The position numbers and the translations under genes are program-made. DNA of 64,000 nucleotides. Origin: Bdellovibrionales bacterium (lineage in GTDB: Bacteria > Bdellovibrionota > Bdellovibrionia > Bdellovibrionales > JAUICD01). Location: NCBI GenBank assembly GCA_965203275.1, contig OZ241865.1:1824001-1888000 (forward strand), written 5' to 3'. This document shows, piece after piece, positions 13,201 through 23,169 of this stretch. The notes under the pieces are model-generated. The model worked only from the letters and a program-made list of their open reading frames with translations. It did not search any database and was not told the DNA's origin. The first letter of the stretch is position 1; every line of letters begins with the position of its first letter.

Positions 13201-14436
13201 GATAAAACAGGTCGAGAGAGAGAGAGATTTTCTTTAAATTATGGATCTGTTTTGAATGTGAAGGATGGGGATAAACTTAAAAAAGGTCAATTATTAGTAG
13301 AATGGGATCCTTACATCACACCTATTGTAACAGAAGTAGCAGGTCGAGTTAAATATATGGATATTGAGGAAGGTGTTACAATGTCAGATCAGGTGGATCC
13401 TGTGACAGGTTTTTCTACAAAGATGATTATTGGAGGTAAGGAAGCTAAATTAAAACCTACTATTATGATTGTGGATAAAAATGGCAAACAAATTAAGTTA
13501 CCCAATAGAGCTTTAGGAGTTCAATATCGCTTACCTATAGGAGCTCAGCTTTTAGTGACAGATGATGCAGAGGTAATAGCAGGAGATGTGATCGCAAAGA
13601 TTCATAGAGAAACCACAAAAACAAAAGATATTACAGGTGGTTTGCCACGTGTGGCAGAGTTATTTGAAGCCAGAAAGCCTAAGGAAGCAGCTATTGTGGC
13701 AGAAATTGATGGTTATGTGAGTTTTGGTAAAGATTTGAAAGGAAAGCAGAGAGTTGTTATTACACCACATGAAGGAGAAGAGAAAGAATATTTAATTCCT
13801 AAAGGTAAGCATATTGCTGTGCATGAAGGTGAGTTTGTGAAAGCAGGAGAGCCATTGATGGATGGTTCTACAAATCCCCATGATATTTTGGCAGTATTAG
13901 GTAGTAAGCAATTATCTTCTTATATGGTCAATGAGATTCAAGAAGTATATAGATTGCAAGGTGTACCTATTAATGATAAGCATATTGAAGTCATTGTCAG
14001 GCAGATGCTCAAAAAGGTGAGGATTATAGATCCTGGTAGTACTTTGTTCTTAGCAGGGGAGCAAGTAGAAAAAATAGATTTTGATAAAGCTAATGAGAAG
14101 GCTGTAAAAGAGGGTACTCAGGTAGCTACTTGTGAGCCTTTATTATTAGGCATCACAAAGGCAAGTTTAAGTACGGACAGTTGGATTTCAGCAGCTTCTT
14201 TCCAAGAGACAACTAAGATTCTGACAGAGGCAGTGATTTCTGGCTCTAAGGATATATTGAGAGGATTAAAAGAAAATATTATTATGGGCCGGTTGATTCC
14301 AGCTGGGACAGGGCTACCTTGTTATAAGAATTGGAAAATTCAAGTGCGTCGTAGAGTAGAAGAAGAATCTCCTCCAGATACTTTATCTTTTGGTCGTGAA
14401 GGAGGTATAGGAGAATCTATGGGTGCGATGTATTAG
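10288..14436 (+). CDS. rpoC: RNA polymerase beta' subunit
   Basis: [12 protein letters not shown], zinc-binding CxC/CxxC motifs. Confidence 0.99.
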   Translation: MRDLLNFFDKPKDPLAFNAVKISIASSEMIRNWSYGEVKKPETINYRTFKPERDGLFCAKIFGPIKDYECLCGKYKRMKYRGVICEKCGVEVSQSKVRRERMGHIELATPVAHIWFLRSLPSRIGNLLDMTLKDVERVLYCEAHVVIDPLETSLQAGEILSEEQYKKAIEKYGGAFKTSMGGAAVRELLRRIDIKTLSHQLREEIKKSKSEANIKKLVKRLKVVDAFKGSSNKPEWMMMDVVPVIPPDLRPLVPLDGGRFATSDLNDLYRRVINRNNRLRRLQELSAPEIIIRNEKRMLQEAVDALFDNGRRGKVFTGQNKRPLRSLSDMLKGKQGRFRQNLLGKRVDYSGRSVIVVGSHLKLHQCGLPKKMALELFKPFIYNRLEEKGITSTIKQAKKMVEQEKKQVWDVLAEVVKEHPVLLNRAPTLHRLGIQAFEPVLNDTKAIQLHPLVCTAFNADFDGDQMAVHVPLSIEAQVEARVLMMSTNNILSPANGRPIINPSQDVVLGLYWMTREKVGAKGSGRLFGNREEVMYAYTDKQLELQSGVKIRIDGKMYNTTVGRVILSDIVPREIPFELVNQVMTKKQIANLVDACFRANGGKATVLLADRLMQTGFKYSTTAGISICLDDMIIPGAKSKLIEDANVQIQEIQMQYDEGLITEGERYNKVVDLWAQTSDMVAKKLMQEIETEEFIVDGKNVRSPSFNSIFVMADSGARGSAAQIRQLAGMRGLMAKPSGEIIESPITANFREGLSVLQYFISTHGARKGLADTALKTANSGYLTRRLVDAAQDCTVLEWDCQTKDGITVRALTDGGEVIESLGERVLGRVAFEDIVDLYSNEVLLPKNQEITEDVVAKMDERGIESVQIRSVLTCRTKRGVCVMCYGRDLARGNLVNLGEAVGIISAQSIGEPGTQLTMRTFHLGGTATRTVEQSVCESRYDGKAQFEDVIYVENRDKKLTVMNRNGYLIVIDKTGRERERFSLNYGSVLNVKDGDKLKKGQLLVEWDPYITPIVTEVAGRVKYMDIEEGVTMSDQVDPVTGFSTKMIIGGKEAKLKPTIMIVDKNGKQIKLPNRALGVQYRLPIGAQLLVTDDAEVIAGDVIAKIHRETTKTKDITGGLPRVAELFEARKPKEAAIVAEIDGYVSFGKDLKGKQRVVITPHEGEEKEYLIPKGKHIAVHEGEFVKAGEPLMDGSTNPHDILAVLGSKQLSSYMVNEIQEVYRLQGVPINDKHIEVIVRQMLKKVRIIDPGSTLFLAGEQVEKIDFDKANEKAVKEGTQVATCEPLLLGITKASLSTDSWISAASFQETTKILTEAVISGSKDILRGLKENIIMGRLIPAGTGLPCYKNWKIQVRRRVEEESPPDTLSFGREGGIGESMGAMY

Positions 14437-14439
14437 ACT

Positions 14440-14755
14440 TTGTTTCACTCAAAATGAGCCACACCTCTGGTGTGTTTTTGGGCATTGCTCTGACAGCTAT
14501 CGCTGTCCAAAAAGAGCAATGCCTCAAAAATCCGCTCATTTTGAGTAGGGCGGATCTTCTTGCTTCTGACACCATGTTAGGGAAACAAGATATGCATTTA
14601 TTTCACTCAAAATGCATCATGCCTCTGGCATGTTTAGAGTTTGCTTTACAGGTAATATGGTAGCTATAAAAACTATTTGTAAAGAAAGATTGTTGGGTGT
14701 TCTTCTCTGGGATCCGGGATCCGGGATCCGGGATCCGGCAAGCTGGCATCAGGCA
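14440..14755 (-). repeat. Family A copy (reverse), a terminal fragment, and a GGGATCC heptamer run
   Basis: tgtttcactcaaaatgagc...gctcattttgagtag...catgttagggaaa; (gggatcc)x4 at ~14709-14736. Confidence 0.9.
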
Positions 14756-14789
14756 CTAAAGTATTGGTCGTAATGAATTTTTTCATCTA

Positions 14790-14839
14790 AAAAATTTCCT
14801 CCCAAGCCCTGGCGGGTTTTTAGAAAGGAGGAAATTTTT
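14790..14839 (+). promoter_or_regulatory. Hairpin that sequesters the RBS of the four-helix-bundle gene
   Basis: aaaaatttcctcc (14790-14802) pairs with ggaggaaattttt (14827-14839), ending immediately before the ATG. Confidence 0.6.
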
Positions 14840-15145
14840 ATGACGATGAAAAAATTCAAAACTTATCAATTGGCTACTGAGTTTTATCGTAATTCTAAAA
14901 AATTATATCTGAAAGAGCCTCATAGAAGTCAATTTCGAAGGGCTGTTTCAAGTATTGTACTTAACTTAGCTGAAGGATCTGCTAAACCTACAGCGAAAGA
15001 TCGTAGGAAATTTTATTATATTAGCCTTGGCTCTCTAAGAGAGGTTCAAGCAATATTGGATCTAGAAATTATTGGTTGTATGGAATTAGCAAAACAAGCT
15101 GATAAACTAGGTGCTTTTTTATACAAACTATGTAAGAATACTTAA
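14840..15145 (+). CDS. Four-helix-bundle protein (23S rRNA intervening-sequence protein / bAvd-like)
   Basis: FKTYQLA...QFRRAVSSIVLNLAEGS...RRKFYYISLGSLREVQAILD. Confidence 0.9.
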   Translation: MTMKKFKTYQLATEFYRNSKKLYLKEPHRSQFRRAVSSIVLNLAEGSAKPTAKDRRKFYYISLGSLREVQAILDLEIIGCMELAKQADKLGAFLYKLCKNT

Positions 15146-15164
15146 AGTCAAATTTGACTTTTTC

Positions 15165-15660
15165 TGGGATCCGGCAACAGGTCCTGGAACCCGGGATGCC
15201 AGATCCCCAGGTCCCGGATCCCGGGAGTGAATATCTTGTTTCCTTAACATGGAGTTAAGGGACGAGAGGATCCTCTTTACTCAAAGTGAACAGGCTTTTG
15301 AGGCAATGACCATTTTGCCAATGGCGAAAGCCATTGCGGTCATTGTCCAAAAGTGACCAGAGGTCAGTTCACTTTGAGTGAAACAACTCCTTAACATGGT
15401 GTTTATCCGGGATCCGGCATCAGAAAGAACTCTTTTTCCTTAACATGGAGTTAAGGGACGAAGGGATCCTCCCTACTAAAAGTGGTCAAGCTTTCTAGGC
15501 AATGACCATTTTGCCAATGGCGAAAGCCATTGCGGTCATTGCCAGAAAGTAGCCAGAGGCTAGACCACTTTTAGTGAAACAGAGGCTGGTTTATTTTTAG
15601 TGAAACAAACGCTAGACCACTTTTAGTGAAACAGAGGTCAGTTCACTTTGAGTGAAACAA
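15165..15660 (+). repeat. Heptamer block, two family A copies and three stacked terminal fragments
   Basis: Copies at ~15235-15385 and ~15430-15581; short fragments each ending in gtgaaaca at ~15582-15659. Confidence 0.9.
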
Positions 15661-15693
15661 ACAAACTTAGATAATGAAAGGACCAAACGAAGG

Positions 15694-16071
15694 ATGCCAA
15701 CAGTTAATCAATTAATTAGAAAGCCTAGAGTTATGCCTAAGGCAAGGACAAAGTCACCTGCGTTAGCTAGATGTCCTCAAAAGAGAGGTGTATGTACTCG
15801 TGTTTATACACAAACACCTAAAAAGCCTAATTCTGCTTTGAGAAAAGTGGCCAGAGTGAGGCTTTCAAATGGCCATGAGGTGACAGCCTATATCCCTGGA
15901 ATAGGTCATAATTTACAAGAGCATAGTGTGGTCTTGATTCGAGGTGGTCGTGTTAAAGATATTCCAGGTGTTAGATATCATATTGTGCGTGGAATTTTAG
16001 ATACACAGGGTGTACAAAATCGACACCATGCTCGGTCTAAGTATGGTAGCAAAAAACCCAAAAAATCCTAA
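15694..16071 (+). CDS. rpsL: 30S ribosomal protein S12
   Basis: [10 protein letters not shown]...[10 protein letters not shown]...[11 protein letters not shown]; start moved to ATG 15694. Confidence 0.98.
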   Translation: MPTVNQLIRKPRVMPKARTKSPALARCPQKRGVCTRVYTQTPKKPNSALRKVARVRLSNGHEVTAYIPGIGHNLQEHSVVLIRGGRVKDIPGVRYHIVRGILDTQGVQNRHHARSKYGSKKPKKS

Positions 16072-16189
16072 GGGTGCTATCTTGAAAATGTTTGCTTGTT
16101 TATGTGAAATAGTTATATAACTTAATAAAACTTAAGCATGCTCTAGTCATTAAAAAGTAAATTTGTGAATATAAATATGGATAAAAATT

Positions 16190-16660
16190 ATGTCTCGTAG
16201 AAAAGGTAATTATAAAAGAGAGATCACACCTGATCCTATTCATAACGATGAAGTTGTAGCTAGGTTTGTGAATCAAATTATGAGGAATGGGAAAAAGTCC
16301 ATTGCACAGAGGATTTTTTATAATGCTCTTATTGAACTTAAGCAATCTTTTAAAGAAGACCCTATGCCTGTTTTTAAAAAAGCAGTTGAAAATATCAAAC
16401 CTGCATTTGAAGTACGATCTAGACGAATAGGCGGTGCTACTTATCAAGTTCCTGTAGATATCCGTCCTCGCAGACAGCTGACATTAGCAATGAGATGGTT
16501 GGTTGCATTTGCTAGAAAACGTAATGAGAAAACCATGTCTAAAAGACTTGCAGCAGAATTAGCGGATGCTTATAACAATCGTGGCAATGCTTTCAAAAAG
16601 AGAGATGATGTCCATAAAATGGCAGAAGCTAACAAAGTTTTTGCCCATTACAAATGGTAA
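16190..16660 (+). CDS. rpsG: 30S ribosomal protein S7
   Basis: EVRSRRIGGATYQVP, HKMAEANKVFAHYKW. Confidence 0.98.
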   Translation: MSRRKGNYKREITPDPIHNDEVVARFVNQIMRNGKKSIAQRIFYNALIELKQSFKEDPMPVFKKAVENIKPAFEVRSRRIGGATYQVPVDIRPRRQLTLAMRWLVAFARKRNEKTMSKRLAAELADAYNNRGNAFKKRDDVHKMAEANKVFAHYKW

Positions 16661-16814
16661 TACAAATAAAACAACTTAAATTCACTTTTTCCCTTATCAT
16701 GTAATTAAGAAAAAGACATTCTTCCAATGAACGGATTTGTGTTTTACTCAAAAAGAAGTTTATTGCTTTTACATCTATCATCAAAGCCCAAAATAAATAT
16801 TAAACCCAAAAAAA

Positions 16815-18452
16815 TTATTTGAGCATGGCTGGGTTTCGAGTAATTTTATAACGTTTTTTTAGGTTATCAAAATAAACATCAAAGATAGCTTTTCTTTTTC
16901 TCTCAAAGATAGCCAATCGAATAGAAGATTTACTTGCATCTTTATAATTGTGCCTGTCAATAAGTTTCACAATATGAAACCCAAATTTTGTTTCAACTAA
17001 GCGGGCTACTTGACCTACACGTAATCTAACCACACTACTGTAATAAGAAGGAAGCATTGTTTTGCGTGTTTGCCATCCTAAATCACCGCCTGTTTCTCTG
17101 GTCATAGTATCGTCTGTATAGAGCTTGACAAGTTCTGCAAAAGGACGTTTTGATTTTCTCACTTCTGCATGGATCTGCATTGCTCTTTGCCGTGCTGCTA
17201 CTTTCTGTTGTTGTGTAGCATTAGGTCCTAACTCAATAAGTATATGAGAAGTTTTCATTTCAGGGTTATTTCTATAATAGTTTCTCATTTCATTTTCTGA
17301 TATTTTAATGTTTTGAACTTTTTGACCTAAGTCTTTTTCTACCAACCACCTATAAATTAACTTACGTAGTTCCCTTTGTACTTGAGAACCCATCACAATA
17401 CGTTGTTTTTCAGCTTCTTGCACACCCATTTCAAATTGAATAAGATCTTCTAAAAATTTATTTTGATTAGGAGGATTAATTGTTTCACTGAGAACCTGCT
17501 TGTACCTTTGTTGAAAATCACCAAAAGTAATATTTTGTCCATTCACTGATGCAATGGATCTGTTTTTATTTGCAGCACTTTGACGGCTTTTTAAAAGATT
17601 TCTCATAAGTGTTGGATTTTTTCTAATTTTATAATTTCTTTTCAACTTTGCAAAATAAGTTGTAAATAATCTTTGTTTTTTATATTCAAAAACAGCATTT
17701 TGTAGGGTTTCTTTATTTGCCTTAGCGTAAGTATTTTTACCAGTTAATTTTACAATGTGAAACCCATAAGGAGTTTCAATTAAAGGGGCTATTTGACCTA
17801 CACGTAGTTTAACAGCACTATTATAATAATTAGGAATCATAGTATTGCTAGCTTGCCATCCTAAATTGCCACCTGTATTTTTAGTAGAGATATCATCAGT
17901 ATAAAGCCTGACTAATTGATCAAAAGGACGTTTAGAATTCTTAACTCTTGCATAGATTTGTCTTGCTCTTTTGCGGTAAGCTACTTTTTGCTTAGTTGTT
18001 ATGTTGCGACGTGTTTCAAGAAAGATGTGAGAGACTTTAATCTCTGGACGGGTTCTATAATATGCTCGCATATCTCTTTCTGAAACAGTAATACTTTGGA
18101 CTTGAGTGCCAATTTTATTTTCTAGTAGCCATCTATAAAGTAATTTATCAGTTTCAAGTTTTACCTCTGGTCGATGAACAGCCTTTTGTCTTTGAGCTTC
18201 TTGTACACCCACTTCGAAACGTATGAGGTCCTCTAAAAATTGTCTTTTAGTCGGAGGATTGATAGCTTCCTCGACAATTTCATTATATCTTCGTTGAAAT
18301 TTTTTTAAGGTAATTTTTTTATCATTGATTTTTGCAACGACCGGGGATCTTGCTGCATTGGCAGTCCACCCAGTAAAGCTCATAGCCAAATAAATAAATA
18401 AAGATAAAAAAGAAGTAAATGAAAATACAATCAAAAATTTCAAAACATTCAC
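16815..18452 (-). CDS. Parvulin-type peptidyl-prolyl isomerase with two tandem SurA/PpiC modules
   Basis: Two homologous halves, each with SHI, GG(N/D)LGW and ETxxGFHIVKL. Confidence 0.88.
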   Translation of the reverse strand: MNVLKFLIVFSFTSFLSLFIYLAMSFTGWTANAARSPVVAKINDKKITLKKFQRRYNEIVEEAINPPTKRQFLEDLIRFEVGVQEAQRQKAVHRPEVKLETDKLLYRWLLENKIGTQVQSITVSERDMRAYYRTRPEIKVSHIFLETRRNITTKQKVAYRKRARQIYARVKNSKRPFDQLVRLYTDDISTKNTGGNLGWQASNTMIPNYYNSAVKLRVGQIAPLIETPYGFHIVKLTGKNTYAKANKETLQNAVFEYKKQRLFTTYFAKLKRNYKIRKNPTLMRNLLKSRQSAANKNRSIASVNGQNITFGDFQQRYKQVLSETINPPNQNKFLEDLIQFEMGVQEAEKQRIVMGSQVQRELRKLIYRWLVEKDLGQKVQNIKISENEMRNYYRNNPEMKTSHILIELGPNATQQQKVAARQRAMQIHAEVRKSKRPFAELVKLYTDDTMTRETGGDLGWQTRKTMLPSYYSSVVRLRVGQVARLVETKFGFHIVKLIDRHNYKDASKSSIRLAIFERKRKAIFDVYFDNLKKRYKITRNPAMLK

Positions 18453-18624
18453 CCATCCATCTATTTTATTTTAAAAATTATTACTTATTGAAAGAAGAGT
18501 TTATAGTCTTCTTATTTTGTTTTCGGCAAAATAGTTGTAATGCTTAAAAAATCTTCTTTTAAGTTCAAAATCCTAGACTGTGGTCTATAGGATACACTTT
18601 TAAGGGAAAAGAAGTTTGTTATTT

Positions 18625-18891
18625 TTAAGGAGAACAATTTAAAAAGACGACTAAAACACCGGGATTACTTTGACCATGGAAAGATTTTTCATATTCCCAA
18701 GGATAGGAACCTAGCTTTAAATATTGCTTTGTTTTATTAAGTAAACGACCTGACCCCTTACCTGTCATTATTTTGATTTTTTGTTTGTGGCCATGTTTTC
18801 TCAAAAAGTCCTCTATGAGATCAAAAACCTGATCTGTGGTTTTGCCATGCAGGTCAAGTGTAGGTAGATGTTGTTTTTTCTGTCGTCTCAT
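18625..18891 (-). CDS. Smr/MutS2 C-terminal domain protein
   Basis: LDLHG, IMTGKGSG, NPGVLVV. Confidence 0.9.
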   Translation of the reverse strand: MRRQKKQHLPTLDLHGKTTDQVFDLIEDFLRKHGHKQKIKIMTGKGSGRLLNKTKQYLKLGSYPWEYEKSFHGQSNPGVLVVFLNCSP

Positions 18892-18909
18892 TATGATACA
18901 CTATTATGT

Positions 18910-19434
18910 TTAATGAAATTCAATAGGGTAGAAAACCTGAGTAGGAGGTCCTGAGAAATGACGAAAAGCTACTCTTTCCACTACAGCTTTCATACATTTA
19001 TGAAGAGTGGTATTTTGTGAAGACCCTCCTAGTACAGATACATCAGAAACTTTTCCAGGTGGTTTAATGTTAAAAGAAAGGGTAATAGAAGCTACATTTG
19101 TTTCTGCTTTTAAATGATTTTTGAGATAACGCACATAACAATTTTTAAATAGTCTTTTTTGCCTGCTTAAAACTCTTTCTACATAATCAGCAGAAGATTG
19201 CTTTGAGGGGTTCTTTTGAGATAAATTACTTTTTCTACTCCGACCTTGTTGTATGATCTCTGAGGCTTGGCTCACATTAGAAAGAGTCTTTTGTTGAATT
19301 TCTTGTGGGTTTTGAGTAACTATATGAGTGGCTTGTGGAATAGACCTTGGATTGATCTGATCCAAAATCAGAGAATGGAACAAAATCAATAGCAATCCTA
19401 TAATAAAAGTACATTTTAAAAAAAGATCACTCAT
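18910..19434 (-). CDS. AgmX/PglI C-terminal (TonB-C-like) domain membrane protein
   Basis: N-terminal TM; FKNCY...LSFNIKPPGKVSDV...C...F...VFYPIEF. Confidence 0.7.
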   Translation of the reverse strand: MSDLFLKCTFIIGLLLILFHSLILDQINPRSIPQATHIVTQNPQEIQQKTLSNVSQASEIIQQGRSRKSNLSQKNPSKQSSADYVERVLSRQKRLFKNCYVRYLKNHLKAETNVASITLSFNIKPPGKVSDVSVLGGSSQNTTLHKCMKAVVERVAFRHFSGPPTQVFYPIEFH

Positions 19435-19540
19435 ATTGTTTACAGTATAAACACTTTTCTTCCATCCTGAAACAAAAAAATAAGGGTTTCTTGATTTTTT
19501 AAGTTTCTCATTTTATAACCCGATATATTTCTAGGGGTTT

Positions 19541-20083
19541 ATGGGATATATTTTTAAGGTTTTTCTTTTTTTAATTATTCTTCTTACCTTTGCTCAAGAA
19601 AATATCTTAGCAGATACATACACTTATGATGGTTATCAATATACTGATAATGATCTTGTAGTCTATACATACGATATAGATGAACAAATCCGTATTTTAG
19701 AAGATAGAGATTATGCACAGTATCTTAAACAACAGCAAAAGAAGAAAGCTGTTAGAGATAAGGCTCGTAGAGAACAAGCTCGTATAAGACAACAACAGCA
19801 AAAGGCCCAGGAAAAAGCAAGAAAAGAACAAAGGAGGCTTAGGCGTGCAGAACAAAAACGCTTCTTAGATCAGCTCAAACAAGAGGATGCTTATCAAAAA
19901 GAGGTTCTTCAAAGAGAGAAGCAACAGGAAAGAGATTACAAGCAATATATGGAACAAAAGCGTAAAGAAAGACAGAAAGTCCTAAGAAGGCAAGCTGCTA
20001 ATAAAGCTCAGGTTTACAAATTGCCGTCTTTTTTAAGGAAGGTCGCCTCACAAAAACAAGTCCAACCCCCTTCACATCAATAA
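19541..20083 (+). CDS. Hypothetical secreted protein with charged coiled coil
   Basis: Signal peptide; Q/R/K/E-rich helix. Confidence 0.6.
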   Translation: MGYIFKVFLFLIILLTFAQENILADTYTYDGYQYTDNDLVVYTYDIDEQIRILEDRDYAQYLKQQQKKKAVRDKARREQARIRQQQQKAQEKARKEQRRLRRAEQKRFLDQLKQEDAYQKEVLQREKQQERDYKQYMEQKRKERQKVLRRQAANKAQVYKLPSFLRKVASQKQVQPPSHQ

Positions 20084-20787
20084 GTGATATCCTTTAAAAT
20101 TTGTTCAAGAATATCTCGAGGATTTTTAGCCATAATAATAGGACGGCCAATCACTAAAGCTGATGCACCGTATCCCATTGCTTTTTGAGGTGTTGTAATT
20201 CTTATTTGATCTTCTTTTTGTTGAAGGGAATCTTGTAATCTTACTCCGGGCGTAACAATATTGATATTCTTATAAGTTTTTCTAATAAGGGCCACTTCAT
20301 TTGGAGAACAAACAATACTGTCAAGTCCAGCTTGGACACTTAAATCAACAAGTATCCCGACATGATCTAGGATAGGTAGATCTTTCATAGTGCCAGGTAA
20401 GCTTTCAGAAGAAAAACTTGTGAGAATAGTGACACTTAAAATATGGAAACGACGTTTTTGTTGTAGCTTTTTCTCTAATAAAGCTAGCTGCGTGAGAGCA
20501 GGCAATCCACTAGATGCATGCACAGTTACAAAAGTTGCTTTTTGATCAAAGCAGGCTTGTACAGCAGAGATCATTGTAGAAGGTATGTCGTAAAATTTTT
20601 GATCTACAAAAACAGGTGCTACCTGAGCTATCTTTTGAATGAGTGAGCCTCCTGTTTTGAGTAATAACCTAGGTCCTAATTTGTAAGCTCCCACAGAATC
20701 TTTTAAAAGATGAACAATATCCATGGCTTTTTGAGGATCATCAACATCCAGCGCTACAATAATGGGATTTTTTAAATGTAATTTCAC
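20077..20787 (-). CDS. pyrF: Orotidine-5'-phosphate decarboxylase
   Basis: IIVALD, FVDQKFYDIPST, VTPGVR, LVIGRPI. Confidence 0.95.
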   Translation of the reverse strand: MKLHLKNPIIVALDVDDPQKAMDIVHLLKDSVGAYKLGPRLLLKTGGSLIQKIAQVAPVFVDQKFYDIPSTMISAVQACFDQKATFVTVHASSGLPALTQLALLEKKLQQKRRFHILSVTILTSFSSESLPGTMKDLPILDHVGILVDLSVQAGLDSIVCSPNEVALIRKTYKNINIVTPGVRLQDSLQQKEDQIRITTPQKAMGYGASALVIGRPIIMAKNPRDILEQILKDITY

Positions 20788-21285
20788 AATGAAATACCTT
20801 CATAGAAGACTGTCAAAAATAAATTGTTTATTTTGTTTACAGTGAAACAGCGTTTATTTTCACTTGAGGGTTTTATGTAAAAATAACATACATAAAAAAA
20901 TACAAAAAATATTATTTTTTACTTGCATAATTTATTTATATGGTGTATTATCCATTATATCAACATAACTGATAACTTAAGTTGAAGTCATTTTGAAGTT
21001 TTAAAGATTTTATAAAAGTACAACATAGGTTAATACAAAATGGCACTTTTTGAAAGGTTTCTATAGCCTGCTGCTTCCAAGTAGCCCTCAATTATAAAGT
21101 CGCTGATTTTGTCAATAAACTATCATTAGAATTGTTTTTTATACTTTCTAAAGAAAATAAATTAGAAAGCTTAACCTTGAATTGTCTTTTGTTTTAAGAA
21201 AAAGTTTTAAAGTAAAGTGTATTTATAATTTAATTTATAAAATTAAGAATCACAAGGAATAATGAACAAACAAAGGAGGTAAATT

Positions 21286-22338
21286 ATGTCAAATGTTAAT
21301 CATTTTATTTCACCAAATGTTGCCCTTACTGCTTTAGGAATGAGAAAGATCCCATCACCAAAGATTTTGTATAAATCCAATATAATGAAATCTTTATTAA
21401 AAATGACTCGGAGAATAGCTTCTTCTAATGCTAGTATTTTAGTTTTAGGAGAAAGTGGAACAGGTAAGGAGCTTATTGCAAAGCACATACATGAAACATC
21501 TCCAAGAGCAAATAAACCTTTTGTGGCTATTAACTGTAGTGCTTTAAGAGAGTCACTTTTAGAAAGTGAACTTTTTGGCCATGAAAAAGGTGCTTTTACA
21601 GGTGCTTATTTTCAAAAGATTGGTTTGGCAGAAGTTGCTAATGGTGGAACTTTGTTTCTAGATGAAATTGGTGAGCTGTCTTTAAATATTCAAGCTAAAC
21701 TTTTAAGATTTATTCAAGAAGGCGAAATTTACAGAGTAGGCGGTAAAAAACCCATTAAAGTTAATATTAGGTTAGTAAGTGCTACCAATAAAGATTTAGA
21801 AAAAGAAGTTCTTAAAGGTCATTTTAGAGAAGACCTTTTTTATCGGATCAATACTATTATGATGGATGTTCCGCCTCTTAGAAGACGACGAGAAGATATT
21901 CCTCTTTTAGTTAATCACTTTTTATCTCAAGAGAATACTCCTACAAATAGAGATCAAGAGAGAAGTACCCCAACACTGAGAAGAAATATGAGTAAGGAAG
22001 GTATGGATATTTTGGTAAAGTATGATTGGCCAGGTAATGTAAGAGAGCTACAAAATATTTGTAAGAGATTACAAATTTTATCGGAGTCTCATATAATTAA
22101 ACCCAAAGACTTACCAGATTATATTTTAAACCCTGATAGACAGATGATTGTGAAGGACTATGACCCTACTGTGACAATCCATGAGCTTGAAAAGCGATAC
22201 ACTTTAAAGGCTCTTGAATATTTTGAAGGTAATAAAACTAAAACAGCCACTGCCTTAGGTATTACCATCAAAACTCTCTACAACAGATTGTATGTGTATA
22301 ATGAATCAAAGAGAACTAAAGAAACCTCTACTGTTTAG
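21286..22338 (+). CDS. Sigma-54-dependent transcriptional activator (AAA+ and Fis HTH, no sensory domain)
   Basis: GESGTGKE, GAFTGA, LFLDEIGE, WPGNVREL, C-terminal HTH. Confidence 0.95.
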   Translation: MSNVNHFISPNVALTALGMRKIPSPKILYKSNIMKSLLKMTRRIASSNASILVLGESGTGKELIAKHIHETSPRANKPFVAINCSALRESLLESELFGHEKGAFTGAYFQKIGLAEVANGGTLFLDEIGELSLNIQAKLLRFIQEGEIYRVGGKKPIKVNIRLVSATNKDLEKEVLKGHFREDLFYRINTIMMDVPPLRRRREDIPLLVNHFLSQENTPTNRDQERSTPTLRRNMSKEGMDILVKYDWPGNVRELQNICKRLQILSESHIIKPKDLPDYILNPDRQMIVKDYDPTVTIHELEKRYTLKALEYFEGNKTKTATALGITIKTLYNRLYVYNESKRTKETSTV

Positions 22339-22481
22339 AAGGATACACATATTTGAGTGAAAACAGAAGGTGGAAAAGCCAATCTAGGTTAGGACAATTT
22401 TGGGGGAGACCAGCTTTTCCACCTCATTTAATTTTTATATTTTCAAAGTCATTCTTTGATGATTTCTTGTTTTATCTTAAA

Positions 22482-23078
22482 TTAATTATAAGAAAACCCT
22501 TTAAAATCCAAAGAAACTATACCATCATCTTCACTTAAAAGCATAATAGCCTTACCAACAGATTGCTTTTGAGCGTTTTTTAAAACAAAAATTTCAGAGT
22601 TTCTATCGCCTATTTTCACTTCTACGCTTTTTTCTGCATGTTGAAAAGGAATAGACCAAAGAGACCGATGTTCTTTTAAAAACTCCACTTTATTTTTAAC
22701 TTTCTTTAATTGTGTTGGATAATCACCAGATTGTACTTTTAACTGGTAAATACCATTTTTATTATGAGTGATTTTGTATTGTCCATTGAGGACTCCAAAT
22801 TGGAACTGTTCTATCTGTGAAGGCTTTCTTCCAATTTGAGATAAACGCTCATGACTTGCTAATCTTTTCAAAAGCATATAATCATTCTTCTGAGATTTCT
22901 TTGCAGATATTTCTAAGGGTTGAATAGAAGCAATAAAACGATCATCTACCTGCTTTGTAGAAATCAAAGGTTGAAGGATTGAATTAATCAATGGCACTGC
23001 TAATAAGATAAGAACCAAGCTACTTAGTATTAAAATATCTTTCTTTTTATATTGTCTTTGCACAGAAAACCTCCTCAA
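22482..23078 (-). CDS. Hypothetical membrane-anchored protein
   Basis: ORF with N-terminal TM; upstream sigma-54-like site. Confidence 0.6.
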   Translation of the reverse strand: MRRFSVQRQYKKKDILILSSLVLILLAVPLINSILQPLISTKQVDDRFIASIQPLEISAKKSQKNDYMLLKRLASHERLSQIGRKPSQIEQFQFGVLNGQYKITHNKNGIYQLKVQSGDYPTQLKKVKNKVEFLKEHRSLWSIPFQHAEKSVEVKIGDRNSEIFVLKNAQKQSVGKAIMLLSEDDGIVSLDFKGFSYN

Positions 23079-23110
23079 TGTTATTTTTTTACCCTTATAT
23101 TTATTCTTCT

Positions 23111-23126
23111 TGCTAATATCATGCCA
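23111..23126 (-). promoter_or_regulatory. Possible sigma-54 promoter
   Basis: TGGCATGATATTAGCA on the minus strand (GG-N10-GC). Confidence 0.45.
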
Positions 23127-23169
23127 AGTGAAATGCTGTTTTTATCCCATTTCAGTGTCTATAAATTAT

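Noticed and set aside
14840..15145. Diversity-generating retroelement
   Set aside because: An Avd-like gene is present, but there is no reverse transcriptase in the window and duplicated segments do not show adenine-specific differences.
15652..15693. GTG-start extension of rpsL
   Set aside because: The GTG lies in the repeat terminus; the canonical MPT start is at 15694.
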